Shown here: positions 55,682-64,000 of the stretch, in pieces | Layout: each line of letters opens with the position of its first letter | Position numbering within the stretch: position 1 is the stretch's first letter | Notes under the pieces: model-generated | Database searches by the model: none | Told to the model about the DNA's origin: nothing | The model's input: the letters and a program-made list of their open reading frames with translations, nothing else | Program-made: the position numbers and the translations under genes | IMG/VR virus record: IMGVR_UViG_3300042294_003246 | Source of the DNA: a virus | Lineage: Duplodnaviria > Caudoviricetes | Length of the DNA: 64,000 nucleotides | Strand: one strand, 5' to 3'

Positions 55682-56599
55682 ATGAAAGTTTCACTTACAG
55701 AAGAACAATTTCAAAGAATCCAAACTAAATTCGTTTATGAAAGTATTATAGATGACATGGTGTTCAAACTATCATTAATCATAGAGAATGATGGTAAAAC
55801 CGAACCAGACATGGAATGGGACTTTGAAAATGTTAAAAAGGATATTGATTTAGCAAAATCTTGGGTTCAAACAAAAGAAGATGCCAAAGAGTTTTTACAG
55901 ACTTTGTCTAATAAAATAAAAAACCTACCTTCTCAAATTAAAAGAAAAATTATCAAATATGTGATTTTTTCTTTAATTGGTCTTATTAGTATTGGACAAA
56001 TAAAAAATTATTTAGAACCACCACTTGAAACTGCAGTTAAACAAGAAAAAGAAATTATTAAAAATGTCGTTAAGGATTTAAGGATTAGAAAGTCATCAGA
56101 CAAATTATTAAATCATTTAAAATGGGAAGAAGGTTCAATAATCCATAAAGGTGAACCAGTATTAACGGCTTATAATCTTGGTGATGGTGCAAAAACAATT
56201 GGTTATGGTCATGCTGTGTTTCCTGATGAAGAAGAATCGTTTGAATTTCTTCCAAGATATAATAAAATCATTTCAGGTAAAACCAAAATCACAAAAGAAC
56301 AAGCAGAAACACTACTTAAAGACGATATTAAAGAGGCAGAAAGTATTATCAATAGAATACTAGATCAGTGGGAAGAACAAGGAATTACGCCACCAATAAC
56401 TCAAAGTATGTATGATGCAATGGTGTCTATGGCATACAACATGGGACCTGGTATTAGAACATCCGATTTTATCCAATATGTTAAACGAGGTGATTTGGAA
56501 GGGGCAAAAAAGGAAATACTAAACACAAGTTCTCACATGTTTAACGAATACCCTGGTTTGAAAACAAGACGAGAAAGAGAATATAAAATGTTTGGGTAA
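55682..56599 (+). CDS. GH24 lysozyme with long N-terminal extension
   Basis: WEEG...AY.LGDG..TIGYGH; QSMYDAMVSMAYNMG; GL..RR.RE. Confidence 0.85.
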   Translation: MKVSLTEEQFQRIQTKFVYESIIDDMVFKLSLIIENDGKTEPDMEWDFENVKKDIDLAKSWVQTKEDAKEFLQTLSNKIKNLPSQIKRKIIKYVIFSLIGLISIGQIKNYLEPPLETAVKQEKEIIKNVVKDLRIRKSSDKLLNHLKWEEGSIIHKGEPVLTAYNLGDGAKTIGYGHAVFPDEEESFEFLPRYNKIISGKTKITKEQAETLLKDDIKEAESIINRILDQWEEQGITPPITQSMYDAMVSMAYNMGPGIRTSDFIQYVKRGDLEGAKKEILNTSSHMFNEYPGLKTRREREYKMFG

Positions 56600-57255
56600 T
56601 GGATAACGAAAAAATATTAAAACTATTCAAACATTTTGCAGGTGATCCTTTGGACATACATGGTTTGGTTGTTACACCCGTTAAAGTAGAACCATCTGTT
56701 AGAAGAAATGGTAGAACTAACATGTATTTCAGAGTTCAAAACCCGAATGATGTTTCATATTTTTCACCAATTGTTGGGGATTATATTTATGATGAAACAG
56801 AAGACTTTGGGGATTTTGTAAATGAAAAAATTGATGTGTATTTTGTACCAAACTTTAAACAAGGAATTTATTTAAATGAAGAATTAAAATCAAGAATTCA
56901 AAAAGTGTTTAATTCCGTTAAAGAGATTAATTTTACATTAGGAACTCCTTTTATTGGTTATGAAAGATACAAATTATTTATTGAATCAGTTGGTGTATCA
57001 ACAAGTTATTGGGATAATGAAAGTTTTGGTTTATACAATAATGTGAAAGTAGTAAGAGCCGAAAAAGATGGTGAGTGGTGGGATCCTAAAGTTGTTGTAA
57101 GTGAATATCTTAATGACTTTCTACCTGACAAAGAAAGTTACTGGGAAACAGAAAATCTTTACCCCCAAATTGACAACATCTTAAACAATTATCCCCTATT
57201 TAGGGATCCATACGGCAACAATTTAGGTTACTACGATACCAAGTTTATCCAATAA
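56599..57255 (+). CDS. Hypothetical protein
   Basis: ORF. Confidence 0.7.
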   Translation: MDNEKILKLFKHFAGDPLDIHGLVVTPVKVEPSVRRNGRTNMYFRVQNPNDVSYFSPIVGDYIYDETEDFGDFVNEKIDVYFVPNFKQGIYLNEELKSRIQKVFNSVKEINFTLGTPFIGYERYKLFIESVGVSTSYWDNESFGLYNNVKVVRAEKDGEWWDPKVVVSEYLNDFLPDKESYWETENLYPQIDNILNNYPLFRDPYGNNLGYYDTKFIQ

Positions 57256-58519
57256 CTTTTTTTGATCTTTTTTTACGGTGAAAAGAAATCACAAATCTGT
57301 GAACTTCATTTTGAACTTCAGCAAGCAAAAATCCAAACTCATTTCGTGGAATATCAAATGACGACCCGTCAGTCAAGTGGATTGTTTGAGATTGGTGTTT
57401 GTCGTTTTTGGAAATAGAAATCAAATCAATACGAGATAACAAACCAAGAGATTCAAATACTTGTTTTGCAACACCCAACTGACCTTTACCACCATCAATA
57501 ACAACAAGTGAAGGTAACTCTTGTTTTTCGTTCAAAAGTCTTGTAAAACGACGAGAAAGAACTTCAGTGAATGAAGCGTAGTCATCAGGACCCTCAACAG
57601 TTTTGATGTTAAACTTACGGTAGTTTGACTTATCAGTTTTACCATTCTTGTAACGAACAAGAGCAGACACTTGACAGTCACCACTAGTGTGAGAATTGTC
57701 AAACGCCTCAATCAAAGTAGGAACATTGATAAGACCCAAAGATTCTTTAAACTGACGAGCAACATCATTATACTTTCTAACACGAAAAGGTTCAAGTTTC
57801 TTTTGAAGTGAATCAACAACAGAGATTTTAGTTTTGAACTCTTGAGCTTTCTCAAACTCCATAGAATCAGAAAAATATTTCATAGACTTTTTCAAACGAC
57901 TACGAACCTTGTCAAACTCAAAAGAAAATACTTCTTTCATCTCACTTACAATCTTCTTGTAGGAGAACTTTAGAATGTTTGAAATACAAGGTGCATTACA
58001 ACGACCAAGATGAAACTCCAAACAAGTTTTGAACTTTTCGTTTGAAATGTTTTCTTCAGTCAAGTTGTAAGAACAAGAACGAAGATTGAAGATGTCGTGA
58101 ACCATTTCATAGATCTCATAACAAGAGTTGGAACTTGTAGACTCAAGAAGGATCTGACCTGAAAAGTTAGAAGGATTACAAACTTGTAAACGAGGGAACT
58201 CCTCATCACTCAAAGTAATAAACCAACGACGAGATCTGTCGTCTTTTGCTTTGATGTTGTATTTTGGTTTCAAAGACTTGATAAGTTCGTCCTCCAACAA
58301 AAGAGCCTGTGACTCATCGTTAGTAGTCATGAACTCAACATCACGGATCTCACTCACAAGAGAAGTAGTCTTGATATCCTTGTGATTTTTTTGAAAGTAA
58401 GACTTCACTCGTTTCGGTAAAAACTTTGACTTACCCACATAGATGATCTGACCCTTCTCATTTTTGAAAAGGTAACAACCACTTGATTGGGGAATGTTTG
58501 AAAGTTTCTCTGTAATCAC
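57245..58519 (-). CDS. uvrC: Excinuclease ABC subunit C (lacks C-terminal HhH)
   Basis: GCYLFK...IYVGKSK.L..RV.SYF; PKYNI; EFEKA; IEAFDNSH; DDYAS; IDGGKGQ; RFVISFHR. GTG start at 58519 behind TATATTTG. Confidence 0.93.
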   Translation of the reverse strand: MITEKLSNIPQSSGCYLFKNEKGQIIYVGKSKFLPKRVKSYFQKNHKDIKTTSLVSEIRDVEFMTTNDESQALLLEDELIKSLKPKYNIKAKDDRSRRWFITLSDEEFPRLQVCNPSNFSGQILLESTSSNSCYEIYEMVHDIFNLRSCSYNLTEENISNEKFKTCLEFHLGRCNAPCISNILKFSYKKIVSEMKEVFSFEFDKVRSRLKKSMKYFSDSMEFEKAQEFKTKISVVDSLQKKLEPFRVRKYNDVARQFKESLGLINVPTLIEAFDNSHTSGDCQVSALVRYKNGKTDKSNYRKFNIKTVEGPDDYASFTEVLSRRFTRLLNEKQELPSLVVIDGGKGQLGVAKQVFESLGLLSRIDLISISKNDKHQSQTIHLTDGSSFDIPRNEFGFLLAEVQNEVHRFVISFHRKKRSKKVIG

Positions 58520-58608
58520 AATACAAATATAGTGAAAATCTTTCAAATAATAACATAAACATCATAAACTTTCATTGGCCCAAACCTAATTATTTTTTTG
58601 TCGTATTT

Positions 58609-59670
58609 ATGTGTATGAAACTAATATCTTTTATAGTATCTATATTTCTATTTTTCATTAGTTTATCACAAACTCAAACCGTAACTTTTAATTATACAGG
58701 TGCTGTTCAAACATGGGTTGTTCCACCTTGTGTTACTTCTATCAATGTAGTCGCCGCAGGAGCAAAAGGTGGAGGTGCTATTGGAGGAAACGGAGCAAGA
58801 ATAACCGCAACAATAGCCGTAACACCAGGTCAAACTCTGAATATATATGTTGGTGGAATGGGGACATGTGGAAATAATTCAGGAGGATGGAATGGTGGAG
58901 GAACAGGATATGCTTCTAACCCTGCGAATGTAACATATAATTCTTGTGGTGGTGGAGGTGCAACTGATATTAGAATTGGAGGAACCGCACTTGCAAATAG
59001 AGTAATTGTTGCAGGAGCGGGTGGTGGTAAAGGTGGAGGATCAAACACAAATACACCTGGTGGTGGAGCCTTATGTAATAACGGAGCAAACGGAGGAAAT
59101 ACCTTTGGTGCTGGCGGTGGAGGAGGAACACAAGTTGCAGGAGGAAATGGTGGTGCTCCTTGGGCAGGAACACCTCCTGGTGGTCAAGCAGGAACATTAG
59201 GTCAAGGTGGAAATGGTGGATTTTGGCAAACGGCATCAGGTGGCGGTGGCGGTGGCGGTCGTTATGGCGGTGGCGGTGGAGGAAATGATGGATGTTGCAC
59301 TGGTGCTAACGGTGGAGGTGGTGGCGGTGGAGGATCTTCACTTGTCCCTGTTGGAGGAACTTGTTTACCCACAAACAACACAGGACACGGATATTTAACA
59401 ATCACTTACACACCCGTTAATTTGGTGGTTAACCCAACCTCAACAAATGTCACATGTTTTGGATTATGTGATGGAACCGCAAACTCAAATGTAACAACAC
59501 CAGGGGCCACTTTTCTTTGGTCACCGGGAGGACAAACAACCCCTTCAATATCAAATCTTTGTCCTGGCACATATACCGTAACGGTAAATATAAGTGGTTG
59601 CACAGCAACAGGATCTGTAACTATAACCCAACCTAATCAAATATTGTTAGGTCCAATAAACCATAATTAA
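58609..59670 (+). CDS. Secreted glycine-rich-domain protein with SprB-like repeat
   Basis: Signal peptide; GGGGATDIR...RVIVAGAGGG; NVTCFGLCDG; ends PINHN. Confidence 0.8.
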   Translation: MCMKLISFIVSIFLFFISLSQTQTVTFNYTGAVQTWVVPPCVTSINVVAAGAKGGGAIGGNGARITATIAVTPGQTLNIYVGGMGTCGNNSGGWNGGGTGYASNPANVTYNSCGGGGATDIRIGGTALANRVIVAGAGGGKGGGSNTNTPGGGALCNNGANGGNTFGAGGGGGTQVAGGNGGAPWAGTPPGGQAGTLGQGGNGGFWQTASGGGGGGGRYGGGGGGNDGCCTGANGGGGGGGGSSLVPVGGTCLPTNNTGHGYLTITYTPVNLVVNPTSTNVTCFGLCDGTANSNVTTPGATFLWSPGGQTTPSISNLCPGTYTVTVNISGCTATGSVTITQPNQILLGPINHN

Positions 59671-59679
59671 AATAAAAAA

Positions 59680-60246
59680 ATGAAAAAATTATTTGTATTA
59701 CTATTCATGTTTTTGACTACAACACTTTTTGGTCAATTAACAACAAACAATCCCGACACAATTTGTTTTCAATCAGGAACCCTTTCTCAATACACCGTTA
59801 CTTCAGTTGGTAATGGAAACTATAACTGGACAATCCCTGCGTGTGCAACAATCCAATCAGGGCAAGGAACAAATACAATATTTGTCAATTGGTCCAATTG
59901 TCCTGCGGGTCTTATCAATAATGGTGTGTCGGTTACTTATACAAGTCCTCAAGGGTGTTTTTCACCAGCGGTTAACCTAAATGTTTTAATTTATAATGTT
60001 GTTCCAACAATAACTCAAATTGGACCATTTTGTTCAACAGATCCATGTGTTCCTTTAGTTGGAACTCCTGCGGGTGGGATTTGGTCGGGACCTGGTGTTG
60101 TTAATGGTCAATTCTGTCCTCAAACTGCGGGAGCAGGAACACACACAATATCTTATTTATATTCAAACGGAGGATGTTCATTTTCAACAACAATAAACGT
60201 AGTTGTAAACCCATTACCAACATTAACACCAATATCACATAACTAA
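59680..60246 (+). CDS. Secreted Ig/PKD-like protein
   Basis: Signal peptide; ends PISHN. Confidence 0.75.
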   Translation: MKKLFVLLFMFLTTTLFGQLTTNNPDTICFQSGTLSQYTVTSVGNGNYNWTIPACATIQSGQGTNTIFVNWSNCPAGLINNGVSVTYTSPQGCFSPAVNLNVLIYNVVPTITQIGPFCSTDPCVPLVGTPAGGIWSGPGVVNGQFCPQTAGAGTHTISYLYSNGGCSFSTTINVVVNPLPTLTPISHN

Positions 60247-60815
60247 TGAAACAATTATTGTTTTTGTTTTTATTTTTTAGTTTAACTTGTTTTTCACAAC
60301 AAGAATTTGAAATATGTGAAAGTTCAAATACCGTGACATATTCAACTTCAATTGATATGAGTGGAACTATTGAATGGTTTTTGAATGGTTTCAGTTTAGG
60401 AAACGGAAACGATATGAGTATTACATATAGTCAACCTGGTGATTATCAAATAGTGGCGGTTGGTTATAATGATTTAGGATGTCCAGGTCCACCTGTTGTG
60501 TATAATGTGAGTGTAACAAAATGTGATCCCTTAATTTATTGGGTCCCAAATTCTTTTACACCCGATAATAATGAATTTAATCAAACGTGGGGACCAGTAA
60601 TAACAAGTGGGATTTCTTTAGAAAACTTTGAACTTACGGTTTATAATAGGTGGGGAAATATTGTTTGGCAAAGTAAAAACGCAAATACAAATTGGGACGG
60701 AACATATAATGGTAGTTTTGTTCCTGATGGAACATACTCTTGGATTATGAAAATTGACTTATTAGACTCTGATGAATTGAAAGTTATTTCAGGTTTTGTT
60801 ACTATTATCAAATAA
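60246..60815 (+). CDS. Gliding-motility-associated C-terminal (T9SS type B) domain protein
   Basis: WVPNSFTPD...YNRWG..V......WDG...G...PDGTY.W. Confidence 0.88.
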   Translation: MKQLLFLFLFFSLTCFSQQEFEICESSNTVTYSTSIDMSGTIEWFLNGFSLGNGNDMSITYSQPGDYQIVAVGYNDLGCPGPPVVYNVSVTKCDPLIYWVPNSFTPDNNEFNQTWGPVITSGISLENFELTVYNRWGNIVWQSKNANTNWDGTYNGSFVPDGTYSWIMKIDLLDSDELKVISGFVTIIK

Positions 60816-60824
60816 AATTGATAT

Positions 60825-61175
60825 ATGGAAATAACTAAAATAAATTATAAAGAAGTTTATGAAAACTTCAAGGAAGTAAAACCAGATCTTTTAGATGAAT
60901 ATGCGACTTACTACGGATGTTATATCAAAGACAAGTTAGTTGGAATTGTTTCTTATGTTGAACATGATTCAGTTATTTATTTGTGCCATGCTTATGTTTT
61001 AGAAGAGTATAGAGATAGGGGAATCTACAAATTACTTTGGAACTATAGAGATTCAAAAATACATGATACAGAAAAAACAATCTATGCTCACTGTAATGTT
61101 GATAGTTTGAAATACTTTATTAACAACGGTTTCTCTATTGAGAAAGCACTTTTCAAAGTTGTTAAAAACAAATAA
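60825..61175 (+). CDS. GNAT acetyltransferase
   Basis: YVLEEYRDRGIY. Confidence 0.75.
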   Translation: MEITKINYKEVYENFKEVKPDLLDEYATYYGCYIKDKLVGIVSYVEHDSVIYLCHAYVLEEYRDRGIYKLLWNYRDSKIHDTEKTIYAHCNVDSLKYFINNGFSIEKALFKVVKNK

Positions 61176-61229
61176 AAAAGTTTCAATATTTTCTTTTTTA
61201 TGTCATTTACATTTACTATATTTTAGTAT

Positions 61230-61547
61230 ATGTTAAGACATCAAAACCCAATTCAAATTAAAGCGACAACAACAGGATTTGCTTCACCAGCAGAAACCTA
61301 TGTTGATAAAAGGTTAGATCTAAACGACTTAATTGTTAAAGATCATTATACAACATTTTATTTTAAGTATTCAGGACCAAGTGTGTTTGGAATTAACCAA
61401 GGAGATACAATTGTAATTGACCGAACTGAGGATCCAAAAGATGGGGATTTGGTAGTTTTAACAGAAAAAACACACTTCAAACTTAGAGAATACAAAGGAC
61501 AAAAAAACTTATGGGGAAAAGTAACATGGATATTAAAGAAAATGTAA
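61230..61547 (+). CDS. umuD: UmuD-like S24 family protein
   Basis: TGFASPAE..D..LDLN..IV...TF...G.S...GD...D...GD.V; adjacent to umuC-like gene. Confidence 0.75.
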   Translation: MLRHQNPIQIKATTTGFASPAETYVDKRLDLNDLIVKDHYTTFYFKYSGPSVFGINQGDTIVIDRTEDPKDGDLVVLTEKTHFKLREYKGQKNLWGKVTWILKKM

Positions 61548-62743
61548 GAAAGATTGGAATTATTGACTGTAACAACTTTTATGTTAGTTGTGAACGGTTA
61601 TTTAACCCTGAGTCAATTGGAAGACCTACCGTTGTATTATCAAACAACGACGGATGTGTGATTGCCAGATCTCAAGAAGCAAAAGATCTTGGAATTAAAA
61701 TGGGTGAACCATTTTTCAAGAGCCGTGAGTTCATGGACCAACATAGATTTTGCGTCTATTCATCAAATTATAACTTGTATGGTGATATCTCAGATCGGGT
61801 TATGAAAGTGATTGGTGAGTTTGGAAATGACATTGAAGTGTATTCTATTGATGAAGCTTTTGTTGATTTTTCAAACATTCCTCTTGAAGATCTAACAGAA
61901 ACATTATTGGGAATCAAAGAAGAAGTAAGAAAGAAAGTTGGAATCCCTGTATCTATCGGTGTTGGTCCGAACAAAACCTTAGCTAAACTAACATCTTATT
62001 TAGCTAAACAACAGCTAAACTATAATGGTGTGTGTTCATACTGGGACTTACCAAACTTTAGAAATATTTGTTATGGAATTGATGTAGATGAAGTTTGGGG
62101 TATTGGTAGAAAATGGGCAAAAAAATTAAAAAACATCGGTGTTGAATCGGTAGGTCAGTTTATTAACACAAACGAATATACTGTTAGAAAGTTGATGAAT
62201 ATCAATGGTGTAAAAACACAATTGGAGTTAACAGAGATGTATTGTTTTCCAATTCAAAAAAAATCCAAACCAAAGAAGAATATCGCTTCCACTCGTTCAT
62301 TTGGAAAAGATGTACAGGACTTTGATCAATTGGGTGAAGCGATGTATACCTACATTAAAAACGGTGTAAAAAAACTAAGTCAAAACAAATTGTTTGCAAA
62401 TAAGGCAACCATATTTGTTTCAGGAAACTATCATAAAGGAGATAAGTATCACCATTCTAAAACAATCAAACTACAAACCCCAACAAGAGATCCCGATCTT
62501 ATTTGGTCTCAGATTCATGAACAATACAAAGTTCTTTGTAATAAATCTGAAAAATATAAAAAGTGTGGAATTGTTTTTAATGAACTAACTCCCGACACAA
62601 TTATTCAAACCTCTTTATTCAATGATGAGGTCCAAGTTGTTGAAGCACCACAGAATGAAACTCATGAGTGGGAAATGAGACAAGACTATATTACTCAAAA
62701 ATATACTACATCTTGGGATGAACTCCCTTATGTTTTTGTGTAG
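61511..62743 (+). CDS. umuC: Y-family DNA polymerase (UmuC-like, C-terminal DUF4113-like)
   Basis: DCNNFYVSCE, SNNDGC, YSIDEAF, SIGVGPNKTLAK, WEMRQ...YTTSW.ELP. Confidence 0.92.
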   Translation: MGKSNMDIKENVRKIGIIDCNNFYVSCERLFNPESIGRPTVVLSNNDGCVIARSQEAKDLGIKMGEPFFKSREFMDQHRFCVYSSNYNLYGDISDRVMKVIGEFGNDIEVYSIDEAFVDFSNIPLEDLTETLLGIKEEVRKKVGIPVSIGVGPNKTLAKLTSYLAKQQLNYNGVCSYWDLPNFRNICYGIDVDEVWGIGRKWAKKLKNIGVESVGQFINTNEYTVRKLMNINGVKTQLELTEMYCFPIQKKSKPKKNIASTRSFGKDVQDFDQLGEAMYTYIKNGVKKLSQNKLFANKATIFVSGNYHKGDKYHHSKTIKLQTPTRDPDLIWSQIHEQYKVLCNKSEKYKKCGIVFNELTPDTIIQTSLFNDEVQVVEAPQNETHEWEMRQDYITQKYTTSWDELPYVFV

Positions 62744-62906
62744 AAAAGTATTTGAATGTAATTGTAAAACTTATTCGAAAAATCTTGAAGGAAAATGAAC
62801 CTAGATTACCCAAAAAATTATGAACCAAAAATCAAAATAAAAGTTGAGAGTAAAAAAACTTATAACAAAGGGAAAAAACTAGCTTATTAAATTACTAATT
62901 AAATAG

Positions 62907-63191
62907 TTACATATTTTTTAAAACCATCTCCAAAGTATATATAGACTCTTTATCTTTTTTAGTTTGGATCTTTTTAGATTTCAAATAAGATAGCGAATCC
63001 ATAATTTCTTGTTTTTTAGAAGTTGTAGGCTTTACCTCTTTGACGGAAGTTGTGTTTGAGTTCAAAACTTTTTTAACACTCGGAGTTTGTGAAGGTAAAT
63101 TTGTATTATATAACAAATTATAAATCTTCGCCGCAGTCGTAGTGTCCTTAGCAAATAAATAAATGAGAAAAAATTTAAATATCTTATACAT
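62907..63191 (-). CDS. Hypothetical protein
   Basis: ORF from MYKIFKFF. Confidence 0.5.
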   Translation of the reverse strand: MYKIFKFFLIYLFAKDTTTAAKIYNLLYNTNLPSQTPSVKKVLNSNTTSVKEVKPTTSKKQEIMDSLSYLKSKKIQTKKDKESIYTLEMVLKNM

Positions 63192-63201
63192 CCAAACAAA
63201 T

Positions 63202-63414
63202 TTAAAATAAACCAATTTCTTCAGCTTCCTCAACAGTTAGATTATCCAAACCGATTTTTAACATAGAGAAAAACTCCAAAACGGAAATATCAACACTTTT
63301 TTCTTCTTCAACTATTTCAACATAATCAGGTTCTTCATCAAACTCAAACATGCTATCTTCAAAACGTGAGTCAATAAACTCATAAATGCGGTCGGTAATT
63401 TTGTTCATCTTCAT
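63202..63414 (-). CDS. Small acidic hypothetical protein
   Basis: TATCTTTG on minus strand at 63419-63426. Confidence 0.55.
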   Translation of the reverse strand: MKMNKITDRIYEFIDSRFEDSMFEFDEEPDYVEIVEEEKSVDISVLEFFSMLKIGLDNLTVEEAEEIGLF

Positions 63415-63487
63415 ACAACAAAGATACAATTTTAAATGAAATAAATTACTTTTTTCATAAATAAATTTTCTAAAGTATTTATATGAT

Positions 63488-64000
63488 ATGAGAGATTTAA
63501 TAATTCAAGTAATAACTGAAGAATCTAAAAAACTACTTAAAGAAAGTGGTATCAGAGATATTAAAAAACTTTCCAAAAGATATCAAATGGCCAAAATCTA
63601 TTTTCATCAAGATTTAGATGGAGTTACCACGGCATTGGCAATGAAAAACTATTTGGAAAACAACGGAATCAAAGTTGTTGATGCCGAAATTATTCAATAT
63701 GGATCAAAAGAGTTTGCAATTCATAAACCTGAAGGTGAAGGTGATATAATGCCAGTCTTAGTGGATTTTGCTCACGGTAAACCGATGTTTGTAATTCACA
63801 CAGATCACCACGACACTCAAGCTGGTGTAGAACAGGGAACATCAACAAACTTCAAACCATCAAGATCGAATGTTGAAACAATTTCACAATCAATTTCACC
63901 AAGAGATATTTTTAGTCAAGACGATATCGAAACAATTTCTATGATTGACTCAGCAGATTTTGCAAAACATGATATTACTCCACAACAAGTTTTGAAATAT
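63488..64000 (+). CDS. DHH-family phosphoesterase-like protein (partial)
   Basis: YFHQDLDG, VLVDF, HTDHH; runs off window end. Confidence 0.75.
   Translation, partial: MRDLIIQVITEESKKLLKESGIRDIKKLSKRYQMAKIYFHQDLDGVTTALAMKNYLENNGIKVVDAEIIQYGSKEFAIHKPEGEGDIMPVLVDFAHGKPMFVIHTDHHDTQAGVEQGTSTNFKPSRSNVETISQSISPRDIFSQDDIETISMIDSADFAKHDITPQQVLKY

Noticed and set aside
59000-59340. GGTGGC/GGAGGT runs as a repeat array
   Set aside because: Explained by poly-glycine coding in the glycine-rich domain.
1-64000. Alternative genetic code (stop-codon reassignment)
   Set aside because: Known genes (thyA, uvrC, umuC, RNA ligase) are full length in the standard code, and TAA, TAG and TGA all terminate ORFs.
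1-64000. cas genes or an integron integrase
   Set aside because: No ORF shows Cas1/Cas2/Cas9, paired HEPN RxxxxH or tyrosine-recombinase motifs that I can recognise; they may lie outside the window or in the host.
1-64000. tRNA or rRNA genes
   Set aside because: No cloverleaf with T-loop GTTCRA and acceptor stem was recognised; tRNAscan would be needed to exclude them.

Overview
AT-rich, gene-dense, almost single-strand-coded segment of a large (jumbo-type) tailed phage genome. The host is very probably Bacteroidota: TAnnTTTG promoters, T9SS type A and type B cargo proteins, lipoproteins and DUF2452. Recognisable genes: RlpA, PLP aminotransferase, an RNA-repair set (HADs, cyclic-phosphate receiver domain, RNA ligase, kinase, phosphoesterase), AAA ATPase, thyA between two GIY-YIG homing endonucleases, amidase and lysozyme, a glycosyltransferase cluster, uvrC and umuD/umuC-like genes. 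Two unusual systems stand out. (1) CRISPR-like arrays sit inside protein-coding genes. They have 36-nt repeats resembling type VI-B (Cas13b) direct repeats and 30-31-nt unique spacers. There are three multi-unit in-frame arrays (10295, 21331, 22022) and two repeat-spacer-half-repeat mini-arrays (17795, 48247), with no cas gene in the window. (2) A 13-cassette, 14-attC integron-type array (23565-29184) has no integrase in the window. Its attC sites supply start codons or promoters to downstream ORFs, and its outer arms reconstitute one ancestral site. All family assignments come from motif recognition by eye; no database searches were run.
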